This document shows, one piece after another, positions 50,351-60,528 of a DNA stretch of 64,000 bases. Location: assembly GCA_965223425.1 (NCBI GenBank), contig OZ245003.1:512001-576000 (forward strand), read 5' to 3'. The stretch's first letter is position 1; every line of letters begins with the position of its first letter. The notes beneath the pieces were generated by a model. It worked only from the letters and a program-made list of their open reading frames with translations. It was not told the DNA's origin and did not search any database. The position numbers and the translations under genes are program-made. Origin of the DNA: Nitrosopumilus sp. GTDB taxonomy: Archaea; Thermoproteota; Nitrososphaeria; Nitrososphaerales; Nitrosopumilaceae.

Positions 50351-50673
50351 TTTACCAATCTTGGATTAAATCGGTTTTTTGAGGAATAGTATTCAAACAT
50401 GGATTCTGATACAATATTTTCACATTCAACTCTAATTGTATAATAACCGTTTTCAAACATGGCCCGTCCTCCACAGGCAAATATAAAAGTCTCAGTTTCA
50501 TCAGGAGTTGTCTTTAGTATTGTTGAATCAATTTTACGACTAGTGGGACCATGAATACTAAGAGTTGCAGCATTTACAAAATGATGATTAAACCATACAT
50601 GAATTTTTATTTCATCGTCATCAGCGTAAAATTGTTTATCAATTGAGATTACAATTCTAGAATCTTCTTTCAT
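50347..50673 (-). CDS. Hypothetical protein, possibly Ig-like beta-sandwich (cassette)
   Basis: IDKQFY..DD.I.I...GYYTIRV pattern; ATGA overlap. Confidence 0.65.
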   Translation of the reverse strand: MKEDSRIVISIDKQFYADDDEIKIHVWFNHHFVNAATLSIHGPTSRKIDSTILKTTPDETETFIFACGGRAMFENGYYTIRVECENIVSESMFEYYSSKNRFNPRLVK

Positions 50674-50864
50674 TTTCTCTTATCCCAAATTATAATTCCA
50701 GAAATTATTGTACAGGGGATCTTTTTGAATTTGAATCATTCTTATCGTCATCACCATCTAATTTCCTTGATCGTGGCACATAAGATTACGCCCATAACTA
50801 TGCCCAAAATTGTAAGGGTCTTGAATTAATTTGACAAGTCACCTCGAGGGCCTTTTCATTTTAA

Positions 50865-51212
50865 TTAAAAAATACCAAATTTGCTAGACTCCATTTCTTC
50901 TTTAATGGCAAGTCTGAACCGTGGAGACTTGTTTTCTGTATTCTTGGCTAACCAAGAAAGAAATTTTTTTTCCATTCCCTTTCCCTTCAGTCTATCAAAA
51001 TCTGCTCCCATCATCTCTGCTAACTTTTCAACCAATGATCTGTTTACGCTTAACACAAAAAAATGCCAGCCAAAAGCAAATTCCGAATCAGTCATCACAA
51101 AGTCTTCTTGACCGTGGACCATTTCTTCTAAAAGGGATAATTGACGCGTCAGCGCTTTGCTTGTTTTGTCATAATCCACTGCAGATACATTGATGTTGAT
51201 TCTCCCATCCAT
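50865..51212 (-). CDS. Hypothetical protein
   Basis: 115-aa ORF in the housekeeping gene run. Confidence 0.75.
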   Translation of the reverse strand: MDGRININVSAVDYDKTSKALTRQLSLLEEMVHGQEDFVMTDSEFAFGWHFFVLSVNRSLVEKLAEMMGADFDRLKGKGMEKKFLSWLAKNTENKSPRFRLAIKEEMESSKFGIF

Positions 51213-51243
51213 GATTTTTTCACGTCAAAACAAAATAAAAGGC

Positions 51244-52014
51244 TTATACTTGTTCCTCTTTCAAAAGATGTTCAAAATCTATGTCAAAATGCATTTTCAT
51301 TATGTTGATATACGTTTGAATTGATTCCGGAATTTCTTCACCACATGCTACCCCTAATTTTTTTGCGTTAATCCAAATTACCAGCGTTTGTATAATTGTT
51401 AAAAATCTATCGTTGCCAATCTCTGGGGATCCGATAGATTTTGTGTATCTTTCAGCAAACTCCCATGCTGTTACAAAATCTACGCATTTTACACCAAAAA
51501 CTGCTAGTAACTGCTCCTGCATACTTGATGCCTTTTTGAATGGTATTTTGTTGATAATATATGGGAAATCTACCTTGTCTGGAATGCAATCTGGAAGCGG
51601 CCCCCAAATTGTAATTACTTTTGTCTCTGGTTTTAGTTTTTCAAATTTTTCCAACATCTGATTAATTATGTCCCCATCTGTAAACCAAAACAAAATTACT
51701 GAGGCATCTGACAAGTCTGATTCTTCAATATTTTCACAGATTAACTGTCCTTGAATGTTTTTCTCTTCAAGACTTTCTTTTGCAAGTTGGATTTTTTTAG
51801 GATTATTGTCTATCCCTACAGCTTTTTTTACTTTGAACTGGTTTACTGCCATCTCAATTCCTTTTTCATTACCACAGCCCAAATGATAGAAAATGTCTGC
51901 CTCCCCTAAATTTACAAATTTAAAAATTTCATTAAATGCCTTTTCTGGCAGCTGAACATCCTCTCCACTAAGCAAGTTTTTTGGAAGCGTTTCCAAATAT
52001 TCCTCAATTTTCAA
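51244..52014 (-). CDS. SAM-dependent methyltransferase-like protein
   Basis: FYHLGCG, AVGIDNN. Confidence 0.8.
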   Translation of the reverse strand: MKIEEYLETLPKNLLSGEDVQLPEKAFNEIFKFVNLGEADIFYHLGCGNEKGIEMAVNQFKVKKAVGIDNNPKKIQLAKESLEEKNIQGQLICENIEESDLSDASVILFWFTDGDIINQMLEKFEKLKPETKVITIWGPLPDCIPDKVDFPYIINKIPFKKASSMQEQLLAVFGVKCVDFVTAWEFAERYTKSIGSPEIGNDRFLTIIQTLVIWINAKKLGVACGEEIPESIQTYINIMKMHFDIDFEHLLKEEQV

Positions 52015-52039
52015 TAATGTTCTTCTTACCTGGGAGGAT

Positions 52040-52309
52040 TTATTCTCTTATGCTTTCTAGTTTTGAAACTGCTTGCCATAACTGTGTCCGTACGTATGAA
52101 GGCATGTTCGGATCTTGCGTTACATCGTCTAACAGACTAATTGTATTTGCAGCTCTTACTGATAGAGAATATTCTTCATTATTCAAATCTGCAACCAGGT
52201 CTGTAATTGATTTTTTTATTGTTTTTGGAGTAGAATTGCTTGAAGCAATTTGATTTAATGTTTCAATTGCTTCTTTCATAGATTCTTTATTTCGAGTTTC
52301 ATCTACCAT
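52040..52309 (-). CDS. UPF0147 family protein
   Basis: VRAANTISLLDDVTQDPNMPSYVRTQLW. Confidence 0.88.
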   Translation of the reverse strand: MVDETRNKESMKEAIETLNQIASSNSTPKTIKKSITDLVADLNNEEYSLSVRAANTISLLDDVTQDPNMPSYVRTQLWQAVSKLESIRE

Positions 52310-52345
52310 TTTTTCCACCTTTTCTTAAAAATTAGAAGTATATAG

Positions 52346-52654
52346 TTACATCTCTAGAAATACAGTATCTGATTCTATTACGATGCTATACGATGTCAAA
52401 TCTCTAATTTTTGCTGGGAATTTAACCAGGTTTCCTGTTTTACAATCAAACTGAGCTCCATGCCAACCGCATGTAACTGTGCATCCATCCAATTTCCCTT
52501 CAGAGAGACTTGCTCCTGAATGCGTACAAGAGTCATCTGTTGCATAGTATTCACCGTCAATATTTGCCACTAGGACATCTCGGCCATCAATGGATGCCTT
52601 TATCATTTTTCCAGGTGTAATATCTGATGTTTTACCAACGATCACTTTTCCCAT
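52346..52654 (-). CDS. Rieske 2Fe-2S ferredoxin
   Basis: CTH...CGWHGAQFD. Confidence 0.92.
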   Translation of the reverse strand: MGKVIVGKTSDITPGKMIKASIDGRDVLVANIDGEYYATDDSCTHSGASLSEGKLDGCTVTCGWHGAQFDCKTGNLVKFPAKIRDLTSYSIVIESDTVFLEM

Positions 52655-52705
52655 GACAGTTTTTATCTGATAATTCTTAATATTTTTTTGTATAGGGCGA
52701 ATGTG

Positions 52706-53485
52706 ATGATTAGAGATGCAACTGCTTTAGATAAAATTCCAATCTTGAAATTTTGTAGGGACACTTTTTCTTGGGGTGACTATGTGGATCAGGTTTGGGA
52801 TTTTTGGCTATCTGAGGGTCATTTGTTACTGTTTGAAAAAGAATCCCCCGTTGGAATGTGTCATGCCCTTTACACAGATGATCAAATCTGGATTGAAGGA
52901 ATAAGAATTGATCCTAATTTTCGAAGACAAAAGATTGCATCTGAATTAATAAAACATGCCGAATCAATAGGAAGAAACAAGTCTATTTCATTTTCCCATA
53001 TGCTAATTGATACTAAAAATACTTCATCCCTCTCTTTGGCCTCATCCCTAGATTATGATATTTTTCAAACTTGGAATTTTTACTCTCTCAAACCAAAAAA
53101 GAATTTGAACTATGATGATATTCAATTTGAAAAATCCCTTGATCCTCAACTCTATTCCCACTATGTAAAATCTTGGAGATGGCTTCCTATTGATGATTCT
53201 GCCTTGTCTGCATTTTATGAGCAAAACCAAATTGTAAAATCTTGTCTAGACGGCAATGCCTCAGTTGGAATCCTTACTGATTCTGAACATTTTGATAGTA
53301 CACTCATTGTTACATTGTTCTCAGGCTCACAAAATACCACACTACAAATAATTTCATTTTTACAAAATTATGGGTTTGAAAATAATTATGAACGAATACA
53401 AATTTTAACCAGAGAGAAACTGTCAATTTTTGATTCAGTGGAACACAGATTTTCATTTCATCTTATGAAAAAATCCTTAGACTAG
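52706..53485 (+). CDS. GNAT acetyltransferase
   Basis: WIEGIRIDPNFRRQKIA. Confidence 0.85.
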   Translation: MIRDATALDKIPILKFCRDTFSWGDYVDQVWDFWLSEGHLLLFEKESPVGMCHALYTDDQIWIEGIRIDPNFRRQKIASELIKHAESIGRNKSISFSHMLIDTKNTSSLSLASSLDYDIFQTWNFYSLKPKKNLNYDDIQFEKSLDPQLYSHYVKSWRWLPIDDSALSAFYEQNQIVKSCLDGNASVGILTDSEHFDSTLIVTLFSGSQNTTLQIISFLQNYGFENNYERIQILTREKLSIFDSVEHRFSFHLMKKSLD

Positions 53486-54351
53486 TTTGATTTAACAACT
53501 TTTATTGTATTGTTTAAAATTCCAAGACCTTCAATCTCCATTTCCACTTTGTCGCCATCTTTCAAAAACACTGCGTTTGGCCTGTTTAGCATTACTCCTG
53601 CAGGAGTCCCAGTAGAAATAATATCCCCCTTTTCTAGAGTCATGACTTTGGAAATTTTCGAAATAATTTCTGGAATTTTAATGAACATGTTATTTGTGGA
53701 TGAATTCTGTCTCAACTCTCCATTGACTTTTGTTGTCAGTTTTAGATTTTGGGCATCCTTAATTTCATCAGCTGTTGTAATCCATGGCCCACACGGTGCA
53801 AATGAGTCAAAACTTTTTCCTCTAGTGAATTGCTTATCTTTGGATTGAATGTCTCTGGCTGAAACATCATTGAACACCATATAACCAAATACTGTGTCTG
53901 CTGCATCATTCACGCTGATATTTTTGCAGTTTTTGCCAATAATCATGGCCAATTCCACTTCATAGTCTAACTGTGTAATAAAATCTGGACATACAATATC
54001 TGACTGAGCGCCAGTTAATGTAGTTCGGGGTTTTATTACAATGGAGGGATCTTCGGGCGCCTGTAATCCCTGTTCCTCGGCATGATCAACATAATTAAAT
54101 GCCAAACAAACTATTTTGTTCGGATTTGGTATGGGCGATAATAATTTAAATTTCGAAATATTTTCTTCGTATGGCAAGTCATTGATTTTATTTTTAATTT
54201 CATTGTACCATCCATCAAAAAGAAAATTCTTTACATTATGTGGAATTGGGATTCCGGTAGAGAAGGTTATTTCATCTTTTGTTGCCACCTTGTCTCCTTT
54301 TATGAAACCATATGTTTCATTATTTCCATCTGAGAATCGTGCTATTTTCAT
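53482..54351 (-). CDS. Fumarylacetoacetate hydrolase family protein
   Basis: LDYEVEL, NDVSARD, GKSFD, TGTPAGV. Confidence 0.92.
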   Translation of the reverse strand: MKIARFSDGNNETYGFIKGDKVATKDEITFSTGIPIPHNVKNFLFDGWYNEIKNKINDLPYEENISKFKLLSPIPNPNKIVCLAFNYVDHAEEQGLQAPEDPSIVIKPRTTLTGAQSDIVCPDFITQLDYEVELAMIIGKNCKNISVNDAADTVFGYMVFNDVSARDIQSKDKQFTRGKSFDSFAPCGPWITTADEIKDAQNLKLTTKVNGELRQNSSTNNMFIKIPEIISKISKVMTLEKGDIISTGTPAGVMLNRPNAVFLKDGDKVEMEIEGLGILNNTIKVVKSN

Positions 54352-54357
54352 TATTGA

Positions 54358-56067
54358 TCACTTGTGTGTAAAAATTGCTTGATTTTGCGAATCTTTTCTG
54401 CAATATCCAAATCTAACAAATTGAATTTCTTCTCCTTCTTTTAACTGTAAATATTGCGGTTCTGTATAAACGTCTAATTCTTCCAAACTATCTGTGTTAA
54501 ATTCTTCTCCATTGAATAACATTTTTGGAATGATCATTTTAATTTCATGTGCTGTTTTTTGGGGAACCCATTGAATTTTTAGTATGTCGCCTGCTTCACC
54601 CTCTCCGACAAATTCTCCTTCAAGCTCTGCCTCATTTTTTGTTATGGATATGTTTCCTAATCCTAAAAGTCTAATTTGCATTCCTTTCTTGATGTTTTGC
54701 GCATCGTCTCCAGAAATATAGAAATTTCCGTCAATCTCAATTTTTCTTTTTCCCATGTCGTTTATTGGATGATTAGGAATTTCAACTGATGATGTAGACA
54801 AATTTTTCACTGTCAATTTTTTCGCATTGCTTACCATGAATAATCTTATACTTTTTGAATCAACAAATTTTCGATTAAACGCTTCTAATGCATCAAATGG
54901 TGCTAGTGTGTTTGCTTTGGTCAATCCTAACGATAAAATGAATTTTTTAATAGCCTCAGGCTTGATTCCTCTCCTTCTTAGGGCCTCTAGGGTTGGCAGT
55001 CTAGGATCGTCATACCAGGAAACTTTTCCCTCCTCAATCAGAGGCTTGATAATTCTTTTTGAAATAGGCATGCCTTTGAATTCTAGTCTGGAGAAAAACC
55101 CTTGGTACGGCTTTCTCATTTTTAGCGTGTCTAAAATTGCATCTATGAGTTCTTCTCTTAATTCAAACTCTTTTGAGCGAAACGCATGTGTAACCCCATC
55201 AATACTGTCTTCAATGGCAACTGCCATGTCATAACTTGGCCAAATTCTGTATTTTTCTCCCAGTGTGTAGTGTTTTTCATCAATAATTCTGAACAGTACC
55301 GGATCTCTCATGACTGCATTATCTGCTTTCATGTCTCCACGAAATCTTACAACTGCCTCACCTGGTTTGAATTTTGCACTCATTTTTTCCCAATTTTTAT
55401 TGTTTTTTTCAATATCCACCATACTGCATTTGCATGCTTTTCTTTCTCTTCTGTTCTTGCTAATGTCGTCTCTTTTACAAGTGCAAACATATGCTTTTCC
55501 AGAATTAATTAATTCCATTCCTTTTTCATAAAATAATTCCATGTCATCTGAAGTATTTTTTATTGTGTCAATCTTGATTCCCAACCATTCTAATCCTACT
55601 TTGATTGCTGCATGATATTCCATTCTTTCTGCTTCGGGATTTGTATCATCCATTCTAAGAATAAATTTTCCACCGTACATCTTTGCATATTCTGAATTAA
55701 TTATGGCAGCCTTTGCATGTCCTATGTGAGGATATCCATTTGGTTCTGGAGGAAATCTTGTAACAACATTTCCTTGCTCTGCATCTTTTAATTCTGGAAG
55801 GCCCTCCCTTTCTACAATTTTTTCCCTAGGCGCTAAAATTTCTGGAAAGCTTTCTTCAATTTCCTTTTTTTGCTCTTCAGGTGATAATTGATTTACAGCA
55901 GTGACAATTTCAGAAATATCTCCTGTAATCTCTTTTACTTTAGTTCTAAATTCTGGTTTTGTTCCCAAAATTTTACCTAAGACTATCTTGTCTTGAGTTT
56001 GACCTTCATGCTCAAACGCGTTTTGAAGGGCCATTTTTCTAATTTCTTTTTTCAGTTCTTCCTCCAT
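54358..56067 (-). CDS. gltX: Glutamate--tRNA ligase
   Basis: RFPPEPNGYPHIGH, ISKR, DDPRLPTL. Confidence 0.95.
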   Translation of the reverse strand: MEEELKKEIRKMALQNAFEHEGQTQDKIVLGKILGTKPEFRTKVKEITGDISEIVTAVNQLSPEEQKKEIEESFPEILAPREKIVEREGLPELKDAEQGNVVTRFPPEPNGYPHIGHAKAAIINSEYAKMYGGKFILRMDDTNPEAERMEYHAAIKVGLEWLGIKIDTIKNTSDDMELFYEKGMELINSGKAYVCTCKRDDISKNRRERKACKCSMVDIEKNNKNWEKMSAKFKPGEAVVRFRGDMKADNAVMRDPVLFRIIDEKHYTLGEKYRIWPSYDMAVAIEDSIDGVTHAFRSKEFELREELIDAILDTLKMRKPYQGFFSRLEFKGMPISKRIIKPLIEEGKVSWYDDPRLPTLEALRRRGIKPEAIKKFILSLGLTKANTLAPFDALEAFNRKFVDSKSIRLFMVSNAKKLTVKNLSTSSVEIPNHPINDMGKRKIEIDGNFYISGDDAQNIKKGMQIRLLGLGNISITKNEAELEGEFVGEGEAGDILKIQWVPQKTAHEIKMIIPKMLFNGEEFNTDSLEELDVYTEPQYLQLKEGEEIQFVRFGYCRKDSQNQAIFTHK

Positions 56068-56087
56068 TCTGAATCTACCTATTATGA

Positions 56088-57068
56088 TTAAACACTTCTT
56101 TTAACTACAAAACCCAATAACGCAATTAATTCTGTTTTGGCAGAGCCTGAGTATTTTGCCAATGATTTTTCCGCTTTTTCTGCGTACTTTAGAGCCTGTT
56201 TTCTGACGTCTTCTTCGATTCCAAGAGACCGAATTACCCCCACAGCCTTGTTTAGATCATTTTTTGTTGCCTTGGGATTTCCAAATGATTTTAAAATTAT
56301 TTTTTTATCTTTACCTCTCGCTGACTTTATGGCCATTAGAATTGGAAGTGATTTTTTGCCTTCCCTGAGATCATTTCCTACGGGTTTCTTTGTAACCTTG
56401 GGATCTCCCATTACTCCTATAATGTCATCAGTTATCTGAAACGCAATTCCCAGGTTTCTTCCAAATGATGAAAGATTTGCAATATCACTGGATTTGTTTG
56501 TAGCACAAATAGCTCCCATTGCACATGACACATCAAACAATGCGGCCGTTTTCTTTCCAATCATTGTAATGTAGTCTGTTTGTGATGGAGTTTTCTTTTC
56601 TTCGGCCATCTTTACATCTAACAACTGTCCTTCACATACATCCACACATGCTTTTGATAATCTGGAAACCAATTTTGTAGTCGCGTTTGTAGATAATTTT
56701 GAATCAGAAATTGTTTGGAATGCTTTTGAAAATAAAACATCTCCTGCTAAAATTGCAATTGGCATCCCAAATTTTTCATGTACCGTTGGAACACCGTGAC
56801 GCATTTCGTCATTATCCATAATATCATCATGCACTAAAGTAAAATTGTGAACCATTTCTACAGCACTTGCAGCTGGCATTGCATTGGAAATCCTTCCTCC
56901 TAAAATCTGGCAACTTCTAATTGCCATGTATGGCCTTAGTCTTTTTCCGCCGTGAATAATAAGATGTTCTGCTGCGTCGTAGAGTTTTTTTGGATTGCCT
57001 TTTAGTTTAGAATTTAGATACTTGTTTACTGTTTTTGCGTTTTTTTCAATTTGCTTAGTTTTTTTCAT
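56088..57068 (-). CDS. Geranylgeranyl diphosphate synthase
   Basis: GGKRLRP, HNFTLVHDDIMD, FQITDD. Confidence 0.92.
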   Translation of the reverse strand: MKKTKQIEKNAKTVNKYLNSKLKGNPKKLYDAAEHLIIHGGKRLRPYMAIRSCQILGGRISNAMPAASAVEMVHNFTLVHDDIMDNDEMRHGVPTVHEKFGMPIAILAGDVLFSKAFQTISDSKLSTNATTKLVSRLSKACVDVCEGQLLDVKMAEEKKTPSQTDYITMIGKKTAALFDVSCAMGAICATNKSSDIANLSSFGRNLGIAFQITDDIIGVMGDPKVTKKPVGNDLREGKKSLPILMAIKSARGKDKKIILKSFGNPKATKNDLNKAVGVIRSLGIEEDVRKQALKYAEKAEKSLAKYSGSAKTELIALLGFVVKRSV

Positions 57069-57705
57069 TTACTAGTCTCCACTTGTCTTTTGGTAAATGA
57101 GTCTTGATTGCCTCGATCAATACCTCGTGAATCTCACTATTCGTCCACGCAGATAAGACATTTCCGTGTTTTTCAAGCACAGTTTGGTCAGATTTATCAA
57201 GTAATTCTAGTGCAATAAGCATCCATGGACAATAAATTTGAGGATTTATCTTTAATTCTGAGAGTAACTCTTTTGCAGAAATCCATTTAATCTCCTCAAT
57301 TTCACCTTCCACTTCTTTTAGTTCTGAAGAATTGTCAATTATTCCAATTAATGTTCCACAAATTTCATTTTCAGAACCTACATCTTTGTAGGGCACATGA
57401 TATTCAAATTTGTGTAAATAATCCAATTTCCCCTCAATTCCTAGTTCTTCTGGCATTCTTCTTTCTCCTGATGATGCGTATGTTTCTGACTCTCTTGGAT
57501 GACTTGCAAACGTACCATCCCACCTGCCTGGCCATAACATCTTCTCTTTTGCCCGCCTTGTTAGTGCCAGTCTATTCTCTTTATCAAACAATAAAGCAGT
57601 AAATGCTCTATGCAGTCTTCCATTTGGTAGATGACACCTTGCTTTTTCTTCAGTACCTATCGGACTGTCGTTTTCATCAACTAAAATTACAAATTCTTCA
57701 GACAT
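57055..57705 (-). CDS. idi: Isopentenyl-diphosphate isomerase, type 1
   Basis: ILVDEND, LHRAF, ASHP, EELGI, ENEIC, CPW. Confidence 0.9.
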   Translation of the reverse strand: MSEEFVILVDENDSPIGTEEKARCHLPNGRLHRAFTALLFDKENRLALTRRAKEKMLWPGRWDGTFASHPRESETYASSGERRMPEELGIEGKLDYLHKFEYHVPYKDVGSENEICGTLIGIIDNSSELKEVEGEIEEIKWISAKELLSELKINPQIYCPWMLIALELLDKSDQTVLEKHGNVLSAWTNSEIHEVLIEAIKTHLPKDKWRLVNEKN

Positions 57706-58450
57706 TTCGTTTACCCCTAAACAGCGTTCCTTCATATTTTCTATTTTTAATTGCTTTTGCAATTCTTTCTGGTTTGTTGCCATTTACAAAAAATACGTTT
57801 AATCCCATCTTTGAAATTTTTGAAGCCTCATCAACCTTTCTGGTCATTCCTCCAGTTACATCCATCTTGTTTTCTGAAATTAAGGGACGTTTGCCTTTTA
57901 ATTCATAAATTAATTTTTTTGATTTAAGATCAGAATACAACCCATCTTCGTTTAAGGCAAAAATACAAAGTCTTGGTTTTAGAATCTTTGCAAGATGAGT
58001 CATAATTTTGTCCCCCGATAAAATGTACGTTTTTTTCTGTCCGTACCATAAAGCATCTCCATATGTGACTGGAATCAAGCCTGATTCTGCAATTTTCTTA
58101 CTTTCATTCACTTTTTTTAAAACTGGTTTGTTTCCTGACATAAAATCAGCTGGTGGAAGACAATACGGATTCAATCTATTTTTTAATAATGCATCCAAAA
58201 TCATCTTGTTTAACTCGATCATTGAATTTTTTACAATTGAAACTCCCCTAGGATCATATTTTTTTCCTTTAGTATGCATGTCATATTTTGCAGACCAATA
58301 ATGTCCATAGGAGCCCCCACCGTGAACAATTATGATTGGCTCATCAATTTTCTTCAAGGCCTTGGCAAGTTTGTCCATTGCCTTTCTTCTAGCTGATAAC
58401 GGCTTTTCTTTATTTGTGATAACCGAGCCGCCAAATTTTATTAGAATCAT
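57698..58450 (-). CDS. ipk: Isopentenyl phosphate kinase
   Basis: IKFGGSVITNK, VHGGGSYGH, DVTGGMTRK; operon context. Confidence 0.9.
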   Translation of the reverse strand: MILIKFGGSVITNKEKPLSARRKAMDKLAKALKKIDEPIIIVHGGGSYGHYWSAKYDMHTKGKKYDPRGVSIVKNSMIELNKMILDALLKNRLNPYCLPPADFMSGNKPVLKKVNESKKIAESGLIPVTYGDALWYGQKKTYILSGDKIMTHLAKILKPRLCIFALNEDGLYSDLKSKKLIYELKGKRPLISENKMDVTGGMTRKVDEASKISKMGLNVFFVNGNKPERIAKAIKNRKYEGTLFRGKRNV

Positions 58451-58534
58451 GCTGTTCCAAATTATGTAGTCAATTAAAAAGTAATGGAGTCATTTTTGTA
58501 AGATTTATAACCTGTTTTAGTAGATGTAAGTAAT

Positions 58535-59566
58535 ATGTCTACTATTTTGAACAAATCCCGAAGCAAGAAGAGTATTGAGGAAAAGATACAGACAAAATCC
58601 AGTGGCACGCAAAAGAACTTTCAAGTGATAATAAAGAACTTTGAGGACTTTTGTATGGAAAAATATCACCTCTCATGTGATGGTATTATTGCAGAATATG
58701 CAAAGGTTGATGATAATCAGATATATGATTCCTTGCAGGACTGGATAAACTGGAACCATAACAGAGGAGTTCACTCTAACACCCTGCCCATGTGGTTCTC
58801 TTATCTGAAGAAATATCTGAGATACAGGGGGATAAAGATCATAGCCGAAGATGCCCGAGACAATATTGACTTTCCACATAAGATAAAGGAGGAGAAATAT
58901 CCGTTGACACGAGGGGAGATCAGAAAGATACTCGATACTTGCAGTAGCAAGAACAGGTTTAGGATAATGGCACAAATTTCAAGCGGGCTGAGGCGTGGAG
59001 AGCTGCTACGACTACGAAAAAAGGATCTTGATGTGACAACAGAGAGGATTACAATAAATGTTCCTGCACAGATTACCAAAACAAAAAAATCACGGATTAC
59101 CTTTTTCAGCATGGAAACCCAAGATATGATAATTGGCATGTTACATGGCCTAAATGATGATGACTTTGTATTTGGAAGCAAGAATGGCAGAAATCAGTAT
59201 ACTGGAAGCTCATATCAAAAGGCACTAGTCAACTGTCTGGAAAAGATTGGCTTTGACCAAAAATATTCTTCTGGAACCCACAAAATATCAACTCACAGCT
59301 TCAGGGCATTTTTCATAACCAAGGTGTCACGACATGATCCAAATCTTGCCAAATACTTTGCAGGACAGGAACAGACAGGAGATCTGTTAATGTATGACAG
59401 GCTTACACTTGATGAGAAATTACAGAGATATATCGAATTTGAGACTGACTTGCTGATTTTTGATGAGAAAAAAGAGACCTTACAGGAAAGAGAGATTGCA
59501 CAACTCAGAACAGAAGTTGAAACGTTGAGGGAATTTAAAAAAAATTCGTTAAAAGAGGAATCATGA
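58535..59566 (+). CDS. Tyrosine recombinase/integrase
   Basis: SSGLRRGELLRL, TKTKKSR, HSFRAFF, C-terminal Y (LMYDR). Confidence 0.92.
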   Translation: MSTILNKSRSKKSIEEKIQTKSSGTQKNFQVIIKNFEDFCMEKYHLSCDGIIAEYAKVDDNQIYDSLQDWINWNHNRGVHSNTLPMWFSYLKKYLRYRGIKIIAEDARDNIDFPHKIKEEKYPLTRGEIRKILDTCSSKNRFRIMAQISSGLRRGELLRLRKKDLDVTTERITINVPAQITKTKKSRITFFSMETQDMIIGMLHGLNDDDFVFGSKNGRNQYTGSSYQKALVNCLEKIGFDQKYSSGTHKISTHSFRAFFITKVSRHDPNLAKYFAGQEQTGDLLMYDRLTLDEKLQRYIEFETDLLIFDEKKETLQEREIAQLRTEVETLREFKKNSLKEES

Positions 59567-59663
59567 ATGACTCAAAATATCGTAATTCATGATGTGGGTA
59601 TTAAGGATCGTCAAATTAGATTAAACAAATATGTGGGAATGTCTTTTCCTGGGAATCTCTGAA

Positions 59664-60272
59664 ATGACATTTCTTAACAACAAAACTATTGGCATAACAA
59701 TGCTGATAATCATCGTATCTGTCTTGTCTTATTTTGCAATGTGGGATTATATGAGAGAGGGTGAGTTTCTGGGAAAATGGGCCTCCGCAATTACAGTAAT
59801 CTCTGTTGCCGTATCTCCAATATGGTATTTTTGGACGCGGTATCAGGATAAAAAAGATGAACAAGACCGTGCTTCAAGAAACCTGTATGGTGAATTAAAG
59901 GATGCATTAGATGGGTTGGATGATACCAAATATTCAGATGACGTAGTGACAATCACTTTTAATGAAAAATCCCCCGTCTTTATGAACAGGGATATGAACC
60001 ATGACATTTATGACAGTCTTGTAAGTTCCGGAAAAATAAATTTCTTGACATACGAGCTGCAGCAGGGGATCCAAGATATCTTTAGAAGAATTAAACAGCA
60101 CAACTACTATGTTACATTAGTCATGGAATTATCTGATAAAGAAAACAGGGTTAACAAAAAAGCTCTCAAATATTGCATATCAATGGAATCTACCGAAGAC
60201 AAACTGTTAAGAGATATACCAGATATGATGAAAAAATTAGAAAACGATTTTAATATAAAATCAATCTCGTGA
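59664..60272 (+). CDS. Hypothetical protein with two N-terminal TM helices
   Basis: Hydrophobic N-terminus, helical soluble C-terminus; start uncertain. Confidence 0.7.
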   Translation: MTFLNNKTIGITMLIIIVSVLSYFAMWDYMREGEFLGKWASAITVISVAVSPIWYFWTRYQDKKDEQDRASRNLYGELKDALDGLDDTKYSDDVVTITFNEKSPVFMNRDMNHDIYDSLVSSGKINFLTYELQQGIQDIFRRIKQHNYYVTLVMELSDKENRVNKKALKYCISMESTEDKLLRDIPDMMKKLENDFNIKSIS

Positions 60273-60404
60273 TTTTGGTCTAGGTTTACCTTGGGTAATT
60301 GTCACGCCTTCTGAATTGGTCCCTGATTCATATCTTGGCATTGACCGACTCCCCTGTCTGTTATTCGTATCTTTTGCAATTTTTCCTGATTGTTCTTTTG
60401 CCAT
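60261..60404 (-). CDS. Possible 47-aa hydrophilic microprotein
   Basis: MAKEQSGKIAKDTNNRQG...PKSRD*; intergenic. Confidence 0.3.
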   Translation of the reverse strand: MAKEQSGKIAKDTNNRQGSRSMPRYESGTNSEGVTITQGKPRPKSRD

Positions 60405-60528
60405 ACTCTTGGTATGGCTGTATTATGTTTAAAACTTTTGGGAAAAACAATTCAGGCCAGGCATGTATTGGCAGGCAAAACCAGTCATTACTGGTAGATT
60501 TTTAACCCACCTCTACTCTTTTGGATGC

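Larger units (their letters stand above)
46716..50852. mobile_element. Accessory island downstream of tRNA-His with a degenerate att repeat
   Basis: CCTCGAAGGCC (46716-46726) vs CCTCGAGGGCC (50842-50852) where housekeeping-type genes resume; no integrase inside. Confidence 0.55.

Noticed and set aside
58535-59566. This integrase as the recombinase for the cassette array
   Set aside because: It lies 8 kb away inside its own att-bounded element; nothing in the sequence links it to the junction motif.
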